This document shows, in pieces, positions 17,247 through 27,699 of a DNA stretch of 64,000 nt (position 1 is the stretch's first letter; each line of letters opens with the position of its first letter). Made by a program: the position numbers and the translations under genes. The notes beneath the pieces are model-generated. The model worked only from the letters and a program-made list of their open reading frames with translations. It was not told where the DNA came from and made no database searches. Origin of the DNA: Syntrophorhabdaceae bacterium (lineage in GTDB: Bacteria; Desulfobacterota; Syntrophorhabdia; Syntrophorhabdales; Syntrophorhabdaceae); the NCBI GenBank assembly GCA_963665295.1, contig OY762209.1, positions 192,001-256,000 of the forward strand, read 5' to 3'.

Positions 17247-18310
17247 AACTCTTCATCTCTGCGGGAGGAACGGGGGGCCATATATTTCCCGGCATCGCGG
17301 TGGCAGAGGCATTCACCGCCCGTGAGAAGGGAAATGAGGCGGTCTTTATCGGCACGCCCTATGGCCTCGAAAGCAAGATTGTGCCCCAGTACGGATACAG
17401 GGTCCTCTACATCAAGGCAAAACAGTTCCTCGGCCAGTCGGCGGTGAGAAAGGTCCTCACCCTCATGAGCGTGCTCACCGGCATAGGCGTTGCCGTCAGG
17501 TTCATCAGAAAGGAAAAACCCGATGCAGTCCTCGGCATGGGCGGCTTCACGTCGGTGCCCGTTGTCCTCGCTGCCCGCCTCCTCGGCGTGCCGGCCTTCG
17601 TTCACGAGCAAAACGTCCAGCCCGGCCTTGCGAACAAGCTCCTTTCCCGTTTCACCACGAGGACATTTATCAGCTTCGATGAAACAAAGGGCTATTTCCC
17701 GGGCAAGAGGGTCTCCCACACGGGGAATCCTTTAAGGAAGAGGCTCCGGGCTTCGCACTTCGAAAGAGACAAGGGAACCTTCGGGCTCTTCATCTTCGGG
17801 GGAAGCAGAGGGGCGCACAGCGTCAACGAATCCATGGTCGCCCTCCTTCCGCGCATGGAAAAGTACGGGAACATGATGGTCTACCATCAGACCGGGCCCC
17901 AGGATTTCGAGCGCGTCAAAGAAGCCTATGGAAAGAGCACGGTGAAACACGAGGTCTTCCCTTTTACTGATGAGATGGAGAAGTACTACGGCCTTTCCGA
18001 TGTGGTGATCTCAAGGGCAGGGGCAAGCACCATATTCGAGCTCGCCTTCTTCAAGAAGGCCGCAATCCTCATTCCCTACCCCTTTTCAGCAGGAGGCCAC
18101 CAGTGGAAGAACGCGACCTATGTGGAAAACATAGGGGGCGGATACGTTATAGGCGACGACGAAGCCACCGGCGACAGGCTTCATGACGTATTGAGCCATC
18201 TCATGCACGAACCGGAGTTGATCAGGGAGATGGGGGAAAACATAGGGAAGATTTACATGGAAGATTCAGCAGAACTGATTATCAGGGGGATATTAGATGG
18301 TATTTCATAA
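17243..18310 (+). CDS. murG: Lipid II GlcNAc transferase
   Basis: GGTGGHIFP, HEQN, GNPLR, GGSRGA, SRAGAST, HQWKNA. Confidence 0.97.
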   Translation: MKLFISAGGTGGHIFPGIAVAEAFTAREKGNEAVFIGTPYGLESKIVPQYGYRVLYIKAKQFLGQSAVRKVLTLMSVLTGIGVAVRFIRKEKPDAVLGMGGFTSVPVVLAARLLGVPAFVHEQNVQPGLANKLLSRFTTRTFISFDETKGYFPGKRVSHTGNPLRKRLRASHFERDKGTFGLFIFGGSRGAHSVNESMVALLPRMEKYGNMMVYHQTGPQDFERVKEAYGKSTVKHEVFPFTDEMEKYYGLSDVVISRAGASTIFELAFFKKAAILIPYPFSAGGHQWKNATYVENIGGGYVIGDDEATGDRLHDVLSHLMHEPELIREMGENIGKIYMEDSAELIIRGILDGIS

Positions 18311-19673
18311 GATAGAAGCGATACATTTCGTGGGGATCGGCGGCATAGGCATGAGCGGCATCGCGGAGGTGCTCCTCAACCTCGGCTTCAAGGTCTCCGG
18401 TTCCGACCTCAGGAGGACGGACACTACGGAAAGACTGGAACAATTGGGAGCCCGCATATTCCTGGGCCATAAGGCGGAAAACGTACAGGATGTCGATGTG
18501 GTGGTCGTATCCTCGGCGGTAAGGCCCGACAATCCTGAGATAGTCAAGGCGAGGGAACTCTTCGTCCCCGTAATCCAGCGGGCGGAGATGCTTGCCGAAC
18601 TGATGAGAATGAAGTACAGCATCGCGGTGGCAGGGGCACACGGCAAAACCACTACCACGTCTCTTGTCTCGGCGGTCCTGGGCCACGCGGGCATAGACCC
18701 CACCTCGGTGATCGGCGGGAAGTTGAAAAGCCTGGGGAGCAACGCGAAACTCGGCGACAGCAAATACCTCGTGGCAGAGGCGGATGAGAGCGACGGGACA
18801 TTCCTCCTCCTCTTCCCCACCATTGCCGTGGTGACCAACATAGACATGGAGCACCTCGATTTCTACAAGGACATGAACGAGATCAAGGCGGCATTCCTCA
18901 CGTTCCTCAACAAGGTGCCTTTCTACGGACTCGATATTATCTGCATCGACAACGCAAATCTCCAGAGCCTCATCCCCTCCCTCAAAAGACGGTACATGAC
19001 CTACGGGCTCTCGAAGCAGGCGGACCTCCGGGCGGAAAACATCGTCTACAACGGCTTCGTAACCACCTTCAAGGTCATTTATAAGGAATACGGCCTCGGG
19101 GAGATCAGCATCTCCCTGCCGGGCGTCCACAACGTGAGAAACGTCCTCGCCGCATGCGGCGTCGCCATAGAACTCGATATCCCCTTCGACACGATCAGGG
19201 AGGCTCTCAAGAGTTTTTCGGGCATACAGAGGAGAATGGAAGTAAAGTGGGATGGCGATATCAAGTTGATAGACGATTACGGTCATCACCCCACGGAGAT
19301 AAAGGCTACCTTGAGCGCCGCGAGAAATATGTGGAAAAGCCGCGTGGTGGTAGTCTTCCAGCCCCACCGGTATACGAGGACAAAGGCCCTCATGGACGAG
19401 TTCGTCACTTCCTTTAACGAAGCGGACCTCCTTATTGTCACGGAGATCTACGCCGCTTCCGAAGAGAAGATAGAAGGCGTGTCCGGCCTCGTCCTTGCGG
19501 AAAGAATAAAGGCGAGCGGTCACAAGAACGTGATCTTCGCACCCACCAAGGAGGATGCGGCAGACCTCGTGCTGAAGCACGCGAAGGCGGGCGATGTGGT
19601 GATTACCCTCGGTGCGGGGGATGTAAACAAAATAGATGAGAGGCTCAAATCCGCGTGGACTGGAAAGGAATAA
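18297..19673 (+). CDS. murC: UDP-MurNAc:L-Ala ligase
   Basis: HFVGIGGIGMSG, GAHGKTTT, EADESDG, DDYGHHPTE, FQPHRYTRT. Confidence 0.97.
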   Translation: MVFHKIEAIHFVGIGGIGMSGIAEVLLNLGFKVSGSDLRRTDTTERLEQLGARIFLGHKAENVQDVDVVVVSSAVRPDNPEIVKARELFVPVIQRAEMLAELMRMKYSIAVAGAHGKTTTTSLVSAVLGHAGIDPTSVIGGKLKSLGSNAKLGDSKYLVAEADESDGTFLLLFPTIAVVTNIDMEHLDFYKDMNEIKAAFLTFLNKVPFYGLDIICIDNANLQSLIPSLKRRYMTYGLSKQADLRAENIVYNGFVTTFKVIYKEYGLGEISISLPGVHNVRNVLAACGVAIELDIPFDTIREALKSFSGIQRRMEVKWDGDIKLIDDYGHHPTEIKATLSAARNMWKSRVVVVFQPHRYTRTKALMDEFVTSFNEADLLIVTEIYAASEEKIEGVSGLVLAERIKASGHKNVIFAPTKEDAADLVLKHAKAGDVVITLGAGDVNKIDERLKSAWTGKE

Positions 19674-20551
19674 AAGGGGTGGTAATGACGGACATCCCCA
19701 TGAAGAGATATACCTCCATGAAGGTGGGGGGACCCGTGAAATTTCTCGTCTATCCTTCCGATGAGGGAGACCTGGTGAATATACTCCGAAGGCTCGACGA
19801 CCAGGGGACAAAGCGCCGGTTCATAGGGAACGGCACCAATGTGATCGTCCATGACAGGGGACTCGACGAGGCCCTTATACGGATCACGAAGATGAAACAT
19901 GCCCGGTGGCGGAAGGTCGATAAAGGCATGGTGGCGGAAGTCTCGGGCGGACTCTCTCTTGCGGGTTTTATCCGGGAGAACGCGAAGCGCGGGCTCTCGG
20001 GCCTCGAGAAACTTTTCGGCATACCCGGCACGGTGGGAGGCGCCATAAAGATGAATGCGGGAAGCTTCGGATGGACGATTTCCGGCCCCCTCGAAGAGGT
20101 CCGCATGGTTGACGGGCAGGGCAAAAGGTCAACCATCACGAAGAAGGACGGCGACTTCCAGTACAGAAAATCGCCTGTAAAGCCCTCGGACTGCGTGGTA
20201 AGCGCAACTTTTCGTCTCACCGGGAAAGACGGGGAAGACATCCTGCGGGATATGGACTATGTTTATGAGGAAAGAAAAAAGAGGCATCCCATGGAGTATC
20301 CTTCGTCGGGCTCCATTTTCAAGGGCGTGGACGGCGAGCCCGCCTGGAAGTTCATAGAAAAGGCCGGCTTGAAAGGGCTCAAGGTCGGCGACGCCTCGGT
20401 CTCGGAAAAACATGCGAATTTCATCATCAACCTCGGGTCGGCAACGGCCCGGGATATAAAGACACTGATAGAGAGGATCAAAAAAGAGGTGTACGACAAA
20501 TTAGGTGTTTCCCTCGAAGAAGAGGTGGAACTCTGGGGGTTCGATGCGTAG
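19655..20551 (+). CDS. murB: UDP-N-acetylenolpyruvoylglucosamine reductase
   Basis: YTSMKVGG, GIPGTVGGAIKMNAG, SSGSIFK, SEKHANFIIN. Confidence 0.96.
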   Translation: MDWKGIKGVVMTDIPMKRYTSMKVGGPVKFLVYPSDEGDLVNILRRLDDQGTKRRFIGNGTNVIVHDRGLDEALIRITKMKHARWRKVDKGMVAEVSGGLSLAGFIRENAKRGLSGLEKLFGIPGTVGGAIKMNAGSFGWTISGPLEEVRMVDGQGKRSTITKKDGDFQYRKSPVKPSDCVVSATFRLTGKDGEDILRDMDYVYEERKKRHPMEYPSSGSIFKGVDGEPAWKFIEKAGLKGLKVGDASVSEKHANFIINLGSATARDIKTLIERIKKEVYDKLGVSLEEEVELWGFDA

Positions 20552-21455
20552 TGATGAGATGAAACAGAAAAACATAGCGGTCCTCCTGGGAGGCAGGTCC
20601 TCAGAGAGGGAAGTGTCGCTCCGAAGCGGCGAAGCGGTGCGTGGCGCCCTCATACGGAAGGGTTACCGCGCGGTGGCCATCGACCCCAAGGAAGACCTGA
20701 TCGACAAGTTGAAGGAAGAACGGATCGACGTGGCCGTTATCGTGCTTCACGGCAAATGGGGCGAAGACGGAACCGTGCAGGGCCTTTTGGAGATCATGGG
20801 CATCCCCTACACGGGCTCGGGCGTACTCGGGTCGTCCGCGGCCATGGACAAGGTAACCATGAAGCTTATCCTCACGGGTATGGGGCTCCCCACACCGGAC
20901 TATGCAGTGGCCATGTCCGGAGAAGAGACCGTGGCCTTTCCCGTACCCTTTGTGGTGAAGCCTGCGAACGAAGGCTCGACCATAGGGATCTCCGTCGTAA
21001 GGGCGGAGCAGGAAAAGAAGGATGCCCTGGAAACGGCGTTCCGGTACGACAGGAAGGTGCTTCTCGAAAAATTCGTGGAAGGGGCGGAAATAACGGTGGC
21101 CGTAGTGAACGGGGTGACGCTGCCTGTCATAGAGGTCCGGCCCGTGAACGGCTTTTACGATTTCAAGGCAAAATATACCAAGGGCATGACCCAGTACATT
21201 GTGCCCGCGCCCCTCGACGAGGCCACGGAAAAAGAGGCCCGCGACACGGCCCTCAAGGTTTACAGGGCCTTCGATCTCGCGGGATGCGCGAGGATCGACA
21301 TGCTCATCGAAAAGGGAGTGCCCATGGTGATAGACATAAACACATCGCCCGGCATGACGGAAACGTCCCTTGTGCCCAAGGCATGGGCACATCTCGGCAG
21401 GACATTTGACGACCTCGTGGAACAGATACTTCTGGGGGCTGCTCTGAAAATATGA
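20544..21455 (+). CDS. ddl: D-Ala-D-Ala ligase
   Basis: GGRSSEREVSL, LHGKWGEDG, KPANEGST, YDFKAKY, DINTSPGMT. Confidence 0.96.
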   Translation: MRSDEMKQKNIAVLLGGRSSEREVSLRSGEAVRGALIRKGYRAVAIDPKEDLIDKLKEERIDVAVIVLHGKWGEDGTVQGLLEIMGIPYTGSGVLGSSAAMDKVTMKLILTGMGLPTPDYAVAMSGEETVAFPVPFVVKPANEGSTIGISVVRAEQEKKDALETAFRYDRKVLLEKFVEGAEITVAVVNGVTLPVIEVRPVNGFYDFKAKYTKGMTQYIVPAPLDEATEKEARDTALKVYRAFDLAGCARIDMLIEKGVPMVIDINTSPGMTETSLVPKAWAHLGRTFDDLVEQILLGAALKI

Positions 21456-22153
21456 AAAAGACCCTTTATTTCTTTTTCCTCATACCTGTGTGCGTCCTTT
21501 CGACCCTTACCCTCATCTATCTCTTCTCGAAGGACGAGCCCCTCTTTTTTTTGAAGAACATTCGAATAAACGGGGTGCAACAGTTGGCGGAAAAGGATAT
21601 AATGAACAAAGTATCTCCCTTCCTGAGGGAGAGCCTCCTCAAGATAGATGCGGTGAAGATGAAGGAAGCCCTTGTATCGCACCCCTTCGTGAAAGAGGTG
21701 AACATCAAGCGCGTGTTTCCTTTCTCCATCGTCATCGACGTGAAGGAGAAGAAACCCTCCGCCCTATGGGTAAATACAGAGGGGACCGTTACCGTCCTCG
21801 ATGAGACCGGCACGCCTTACCGCGGGCTCGCAAAGGGAGACGAAAAAGACATGTTCGTAATCAGCGCCCGCGACAAGGGCGATGCGAAGAGTGTCTACAA
21901 AGAAATAAACGGCTGGATTACGCAGGGAATAATCAAGAAAGATGTCCTTTCCGAGATATCCTACGACGAGGGGAGCATCACTATTTTCGGCTTCGACAAC
22001 GGGGTGGAGATCATCCTCGGGAAAGAAGACCAGGACAAGAGACTGAAAAGGGCGGTTGCGGTCTTCCAGGACGCAAAGAAAAGAGGACTCCTGATAAAGT
22101 GCATAGACGCACGGTTCGAGAAGGGCGCCATAATCCAGGAAAGGAAGGGTTGA
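21452..22153 (+). CDS. ftsQ: Cell division protein FtsQ/DivIB
   Basis: Lies between ddl and ftsA. TM + POTRA (HPFVKEVNIKRVFP..VKEKKP), C-terminal IDARF. Confidence 0.88.
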   Translation: MKKTLYFFFLIPVCVLSTLTLIYLFSKDEPLFFLKNIRINGVQQLAEKDIMNKVSPFLRESLLKIDAVKMKEALVSHPFVKEVNIKRVFPFSIVIDVKEKKPSALWVNTEGTVTVLDETGTPYRGLAKGDEKDMFVISARDKGDAKSVYKEINGWITQGIIKKDVLSEISYDEGSITIFGFDNGVEIILGKEDQDKRLKRAVAVFQDAKKRGLLIKCIDARFEKGAIIQERKG

Positions 22154-22154
22154 T

Positions 22155-23405
22155 ATGATGCGAGAGGACGGACTCCTTGTCGGCCTTGATGTAGGGACCA
22201 CAAAGATATGCGTCGTTGTGGCGAGGCTGGTGGAGGACAAGATCAACATCATAGGCATCGGGTCCTATCCTTCCACGGGATTGAGAAAAGGCGTGGTGGT
22301 CAATATGGACAGCACGGTGAACTCCATTAAGAAAGCCATCGAAGAGGCCGAACTCATGGCGGGCGTCAAGATAGATTCCTGCCTCGCAGGCATCGCGGGC
22401 CCCCACATAAAGAGCTTCAACAGCAACGGCGTGGTGGCGATCAAGGACAGGGAAGTGAGGACCGACGATATCACGAGGGCCATTGACGCGGCCAAGGCCG
22501 TTGCCATACCCGCGGACCGGGAACTGATCCACGTAATCCCCCAGGAATTTATCGTAGACGACCAGGACGGAATATGGGAACCCACCGGCATATCCGGGGT
22601 AAGGCTCGAAGTAAAGGTACATATCGTTACGGGAAGCGTCTCGTCGGCCCAGAATATCATGAAATGCTGCAAACTCGCGGGATTGGGCGTAAACGAGATC
22701 GTCCTCGCCCAGATCGCGTCCGCTGAAGCGACGCTCACGCCGGAAGAGAAGGAGATCGGCGTGGCCCTCGTGGATATCGGCGGCGGCACGAGCGACATTG
22801 CGGTCTTCTCCAACGGGAGCATCAAATACACGTCCGTTTTGCCCTTCGGAGGCAACAACATCACCAACGACATCGCCATCGGGCTCCGCACTCCCCTGGA
22901 GGAAGCGGAAAAGATAAAGAAGAAATACGGATGCGCCTATGCGAGCATGATCGGCGCAAACGAAACGATCGACGTACCGAGCGTGGGGGGCAGGAAACCG
23001 AGGACCCTCATGCGCAAAACCCTCGCGGACATTATAGAGCCGAGGGTGGAAGAAATCGCCTCCCTCATATATGAGGAAATACGAAAATCGGGCTCCGAGA
23101 AACTCCTCGCATCAGGCGTCGTCCTGACCGGGGGATGTGCGAACCTCGAAGGGATGCCCGAGTTTGTGGAAGGCATTTTTAACCTTCCCGCACGAAGGGG
23201 CTACCCTATAGGCGTGGGAGGTCTCGTGGACGTGGTGAACAACCCCATATATGCGACAGGGGTCGGCCTTCTCCTCCACGGTTACAAAAGCGGCAAAGGC
23301 AAAGCAAGGAAGCAGGGCTTCGACCAGGCCAGAGGCATTGCAAAGATGATTTCAGGCGGAAAATTACTCGACAGGATGAGAGATTGGTTTAAAGAAATTT
23401 TCTAG
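22155..23405 (+). CDS. ftsA: Cell division protein FtsA
   Basis: [42 protein letters not shown]. Confidence 0.97.
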   Translation: MMREDGLLVGLDVGTTKICVVVARLVEDKINIIGIGSYPSTGLRKGVVVNMDSTVNSIKKAIEEAELMAGVKIDSCLAGIAGPHIKSFNSNGVVAIKDREVRTDDITRAIDAAKAVAIPADRELIHVIPQEFIVDDQDGIWEPTGISGVRLEVKVHIVTGSVSSAQNIMKCCKLAGLGVNEIVLAQIASAEATLTPEEKEIGVALVDIGGGTSDIAVFSNGSIKYTSVLPFGGNNITNDIAIGLRTPLEEAEKIKKKYGCAYASMIGANETIDVPSVGGRKPRTLMRKTLADIIEPRVEEIASLIYEEIRKSGSEKLLASGVVLTGGCANLEGMPEFVEGIFNLPARRGYPIGVGGLVDVVNNPIYATGVGLLLHGYKSGKGKARKQGFDQARGIAKMISGGKLLDRMRDWFKEIF

Positions 23406-23415
23406 GAGGTGCACG

Positions 23416-24579
23416 GTGAACAAAGTGTTTTACATGGATGAGGCTAACGGCTTTTCAGCAAAACTGAAAGTAATCGGCGTTGGCGGAGGGGGATGCAACG
23501 CGCTCAACAACATGGTGGAAGCGGGCGTGCAGGGCGTTGAATTCATCGCGGTCAACACGGATGTCAAATCACTCGCCATGTGCAAGGCTCCTGTCAAAAT
23601 TCAGATAGGACAGAAACTTACACGGGGACTTGGGGCGGGAGCTGATCCAGAGATCGGAAAGAAAGCGGCCCTTGAAGACGTCGATAAAATAAAGGATCAT
23701 CTCCAGGGCGCGGATATGGTCTTCATCACCTGCGGCCTGGGCGGCGGTACCGGCACCGGGGCGTCATCCGTTATTGCGGAAATATCCAAAGAACTCGGCG
23801 CACTCACCGTGGCCATCGCAACAAAGCCCTTTGCCTTCGAGGCAAGGGACAGAATGAAACAGGCCGAGCATGGCGTAACCCAGCTCAAGACCCGGGTTGA
23901 CTCCCTCATCACCATCCCGAACCAGAGGCTCCTCTCCATCGGCGGCAAACACATGACCATCATGGAGGCCTTCCTGAGGGCCGACGAGGTGCTCCTCAAC
24001 GCAGTGAGAAGTATATCGGACCTCATTGTCGGGTCAGGCCACGTGGTCGTCGATTTCGCGGATGTGAAGACCATCATGAGCGAAAGGGGCATGGCCATCA
24101 TGGGCGTCGGCATGGCCGCAGGGGAGAACCGGGCCAAGGAAGCGGCACAGAAAGCCATTTCGAGTCCCCTCCTCGAAGATATATCGATCCATGGCGCACG
24201 GGGCGTGCTCATAAACATCACCGGCAACTCCGATATGAAACTCCATGAGGTCCATGAAGCGTCAACCCTCATCCAGGAGCAGGCCCATGAAGACGCGAAG
24301 GTCATATGGGGCCTCGTATTCGACGACACCATGGACGACAACATAAGGATCACCGTCATTGCCACGGGTTTCGAGGAAACCGTCGAGAAGGGCGTGGAAG
24401 AAACGAGGATCGAGCCCTTAAAACGAGGCAGCAGGCTCTTCGATGAGGAAACGGTGCCCACCTTCATGAAGAAGAAAGTGGCCGTTGACTACAAGGAGAT
24501 AAAGGCGAAGAGTGAAAATATCGATATCGATGACGACAGGTACGATGTGCCGACCTTCCTCAGAAAGCAGGCGGACTGA
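23416..24579 (+). CDS. ftsZ: Cell division protein FtsZ (GTG start)
   Basis: [22 protein letters not shown]-terminal [11 protein letters not shown]. Confidence 0.98.
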   Translation: MNKVFYMDEANGFSAKLKVIGVGGGGCNALNNMVEAGVQGVEFIAVNTDVKSLAMCKAPVKIQIGQKLTRGLGAGADPEIGKKAALEDVDKIKDHLQGADMVFITCGLGGGTGTGASSVIAEISKELGALTVAIATKPFAFEARDRMKQAEHGVTQLKTRVDSLITIPNQRLLSIGGKHMTIMEAFLRADEVLLNAVRSISDLIVGSGHVVVDFADVKTIMSERGMAIMGVGMAAGENRAKEAAQKAISSPLLEDISIHGARGVLINITGNSDMKLHEVHEASTLIQEQAHEDAKVIWGLVFDDTMDDNIRITVIATGFEETVEKGVEETRIEPLKRGSRLFDEETVPTFMKKKVAVDYKEIKAKSENIDIDDDRYDVPTFLRKQAD

Positions 24580-24605
24580 GAAAAGGACGTTCAAGGGCGG
24601 CATAG

Positions 24606-26243
24606 GTGAATGAACGCCGTCCCGTGCAGGGAAAGGAATCGATCAAGAGGAAAGACGCGCCCCGTGAGCGGGGCGCTGTAGTAAAAAAATGGCGCGGCAA
24701 GATCCCGGTGTGTATTCTTTTCCCCAATTCCTATTACATCGGGATGTCCAACCTTGCCACCCACATCCTTTACAGTACACTGAACGACATGCCCGACGTG
24801 GTGTGCGAGCGGTGTTTTTCCGGCGAGGACGGTCACATTCTTTCTCAGGAGAGCGGGAGACCCTTGTCCTCCTTCGAGATCGTCTTCGCAACCCTCTCCT
24901 TCGAACTCGACTACATCAACATACCGCGCATACTTGCCGCGTCCTCGATTCGCGTATCGAGGGAAGGGAGAAACAGCGGACCCCTTATCGTGGCAGGCGG
25001 TATCGCGGTCACTTCCAACCCCGAACCTGTGCAGGCCTTCATCGACCTCTTCCTTATGGGCGATGCGGAGGTCATCATCCCCCGCTTCATGGACACATAC
25101 AGGGAACTCCGGGACGCGCCCCGCCCCGACCTCCTGGAAGGACTCGGGTCCTTCGATTTCGCATATGATCCCGGTAAACTTCAGGTAGCCTATCGCGAAG
25201 ACGGCTCCGTCGCTTCCTTCTCCCCCCCTGATTTCCACGTAAATATAGAAAGGTACAAAGGAAAGACCCTCGGTTCCTCCACAATCATCACAGACGGAGC
25301 GGAGTTCGCCGACATGTTCCTTGTGGAAGGCACGAGGGGGTGCCCTTCCCGCTGCCCCTTCTGCCTCCTCGGCAATTCCTACGGGTTCATCCATGACGAC
25401 CTTTCGGGTCTCGCCACCCAGGAGAAGGATATCGGGCTTATAGGCGGAGGGGTCTCTTTTCACCCGCGCCTCGAGGAGATCATACGGGATTTGAAGGAAA
25501 GGGGCAAGGTCCCCCATCTCCCATCCCTCAGGATGGATGAGGTCCCCCTTTCCGTGATAGAGCTTATCAAAGACGACGTGAAGACCCTCACCTTCGGCAT
25601 CGAGGCGGCCACGGAGAGACTGCGCAGGTTCATCGGCAAGCCCCTGACGGACGACGAGATCCTGGATAAGGTGGAAGGCATACTTTCCATGAAATCCTTC
25701 AATCTGAAGCTCTATTTCATGATAGGCCTTTACGGGGAAACCCGGGAAGACGTGGATGCCATCGCCGACTTCGCGAAGCGTGTAAAACACATCATGCTCA
25801 AAAGGGGGGCAAAAAGGGGTGTCCTGGGCGCCATAACCGTCCACGCAAGCCCCTTCGTCCCGAAACCCTCCACCCCTTTCCAATGGCTCCCCATGGATGA
25901 CCCCGCATCCCTGAAAGACAAGGCCGGCAGGCTCGCCAGGGCCTTCGGCAAGATCGACAACGCCTATTTTACCCATGAATCGGTGAAGCACAGCCTCCTC
26001 CAGGGGATACTCGCAAGGGGAGACAGGCGCGTGAAGGAGATGGTCGAAAGGCTCGCGAGGGGAGACAGCCTTGCAAGGGTGATCAGAGAAAGTCCGGTGA
26101 ATCCGAATTTCTATGTCCTGAGGGAAAGGGCCGAAGATGAACTCTTCCCCTGGGATTTCATCAAGGGTAACGTGAGCAGGAAGACGCTTCGAAAACGCTT
26201 CGAGGCATGTGTGAGCGCGCTCGGACCAACGGCAAAAACATAG
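24606..26243 (+). CDS. Radical SAM protein (B12-binding-like family, function unknown)
   Basis: RGCPSRCPFC (CxxxCxxC), FPNSYYIGMSNL, LKLYFMIGL, FVPKPSTPFQW. Confidence 0.85.
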   Translation: MNERRPVQGKESIKRKDAPRERGAVVKKWRGKIPVCILFPNSYYIGMSNLATHILYSTLNDMPDVVCERCFSGEDGHILSQESGRPLSSFEIVFATLSFELDYINIPRILAASSIRVSREGRNSGPLIVAGGIAVTSNPEPVQAFIDLFLMGDAEVIIPRFMDTYRELRDAPRPDLLEGLGSFDFAYDPGKLQVAYREDGSVASFSPPDFHVNIERYKGKTLGSSTIITDGAEFADMFLVEGTRGCPSRCPFCLLGNSYGFIHDDLSGLATQEKDIGLIGGGVSFHPRLEEIIRDLKERGKVPHLPSLRMDEVPLSVIELIKDDVKTLTFGIEAATERLRRFIGKPLTDDEILDKVEGILSMKSFNLKLYFMIGLYGETREDVDAIADFAKRVKHIMLKRGAKRGVLGAITVHASPFVPKPSTPFQWLPMDDPASLKDKAGRLARAFGKIDNAYFTHESVKHSLLQGILARGDRRVKEMVERLARGDSLARVIRESPVNPNFYVLRERAEDELFPWDFIKGNVSRKTLRKRFEACVSALGPTAKT

Positions 26244-26369
26244 GCTCCCGGCGGGTTGCCTACTTACTTACCACTTATTCTTGAGCCCCTTTCCCGCCCG
26301 GTCTCATATATATGGCGGAGCGGGAAAGGCCGATATTACACGCGGATGGCAAGCTTGCGGCGCACCCGC

Positions 26370-27143
26370 CTACCTTGCCGGAGCGGCGCCCGGTTGTGCC
26401 TGGGGCGTTGCCTGCTGTACGGGCTGTGGCGCTCCGGGGGGCGTTACGCCGGGGAAGGCCTGGCGGTTCCTGAGCGACCGGTTCGGTGTGGGCGCAGGAC
26501 CGGTCTGGGGGGCGCCGGGCGTAGCGCTCCAGGCAGGGCCGGGCGGCGTGGTCCGACCGGGGGTCGCTGCGGGGCCACGGGCGGCAGCGACGGGGTGAGC
26601 CGCGCCTTTGGCGGTTTCGGCCCCTCTCCTCTTCCCTTCGTCGGAAAGATGGACGGTCATGACCTCTTCGCCCCTTGTGAGGACTATCTTGTCATTCTCT
26701 ATCTCTTTCAGGACGAAACCGCTCAACACGTCCCCCTTCTTTATTACCTGCTGCCGGTTCCCTCTGCCGGGGGTTGTCTTCGGGGCCTTCTTGTCCTCTA
26801 TGTAGGCAAGGCCGGCTCCGTCGTTGATTATGGTCCCATAGAGCACCAACTCCGGTTTGGGGAGGGCTTTTTCCGCCTTCTTTTCCGGCGGTATCCTCCT
26901 CTCCGGGTGGAAGAGGTTGTTGTCCCCGATCGCGACATAGTCGAGGGGGGACGGCGGGGTCCGTGGAGTCGCCGGGGTGGCCTCGGCGGCGGTCACCGCC
27001 TTCGTCTTTGCGAGGGGCACGGTGAATTTCATCTTCATGCGCACCAGGGGAGCTACGGCAAAGACGAGGGTAGCCGCGATCAGGGCGAGAAGGGTCACGT
27101 TCAGGATGTTCACACTCCCGTAAAGATATCGGATCACGCGCAT
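26370..27143 (-). CDS. T2SS GspC/XpsN-like protein with a Pro-rich tail
   Basis: TM helix, NLFHPER, LVLYGTII..AYIED..KGDVLSGFVLKEIENDKIVL. Last gene of the gsp operon. Confidence 0.65.
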   Translation of the reverse strand: MRVIRYLYGSVNILNVTLLALIAATLVFAVAPLVRMKMKFTVPLAKTKAVTAAEATPATPRTPPSPLDYVAIGDNNLFHPERRIPPEKKAEKALPKPELVLYGTIINDGAGLAYIEDKKAPKTTPGRGNRQQVIKKGDVLSGFVLKEIENDKIVLTRGEEVMTVHLSDEGKRRGAETAKGAAHPVAAARGPAATPGRTTPPGPAWSATPGAPQTGPAPTPNRSLRNRQAFPGVTPPGAPQPVQQATPQAQPGAAPAR

Positions 27144-27144
27144 A

Positions 27145-27699
27145 TTACTTACCGCCCGTAAGGGCCGAAACCCTGAGTTTTACCATGAGGTCCCTCGGTT
27201 CTCTGAAATTTCTCACCCTTGTGTCGAGTTCTTTTATCACAATATAAGGCGTCCTTGTTTCGATGTTGTATAAGATATCGGTCAAGGCCTTCGTGTCGGG
27301 AAGGACCAGATCCATGGTGACGTTCACGATCTTGAACTTTCCCAAGTCCTCCGCCTTCTCGACCCTCTCGCTCGATATGGTCCCTCCCCTGCCCATGATT
27401 ATGGCCTTTACCGTATCGTCCAGGGAGTTCGCCGCGAGAGCGGGCGTGTCTGCGGCAATGATCTTCGACTCCCCTTCCTTTCTCTTTTCCTTCAGCGCCG
27501 CCAGCTTGCTCTCCAGGCCGGGCTTTTCCGCGATGATGGTTACGTATTTCTGGAGGGTTTTCACTTTCGAGGCCTGCATTTCCCTGAGGGCGGCCATTTC
27601 CGTATGAACCCTTTCGTAGCCGTAGTCGTACCCCACGAGGCCGAGAAGCACAATGACCAAGGGCGCTGCGAACCGGATAATCCTACTTCTTTTTGTCAT
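27145..27699 (-). CDS. gspM: T2SS GspM-like protein
   Basis: TM + coiled coil + ferredoxin-like domain (LTDILYNIETRTPYIVIKEL). Operon position fits. Confidence 0.7.
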   Translation of the reverse strand: MTKRSRIIRFAAPLVIVLLGLVGYDYGYERVHTEMAALREMQASKVKTLQKYVTIIAEKPGLESKLAALKEKRKEGESKIIAADTPALAANSLDDTVKAIIMGRGGTISSERVEKAEDLGKFKIVNVTMDLVLPDTKALTDILYNIETRTPYIVIKELDTRVRNFREPRDLMVKLRVSALTGGK

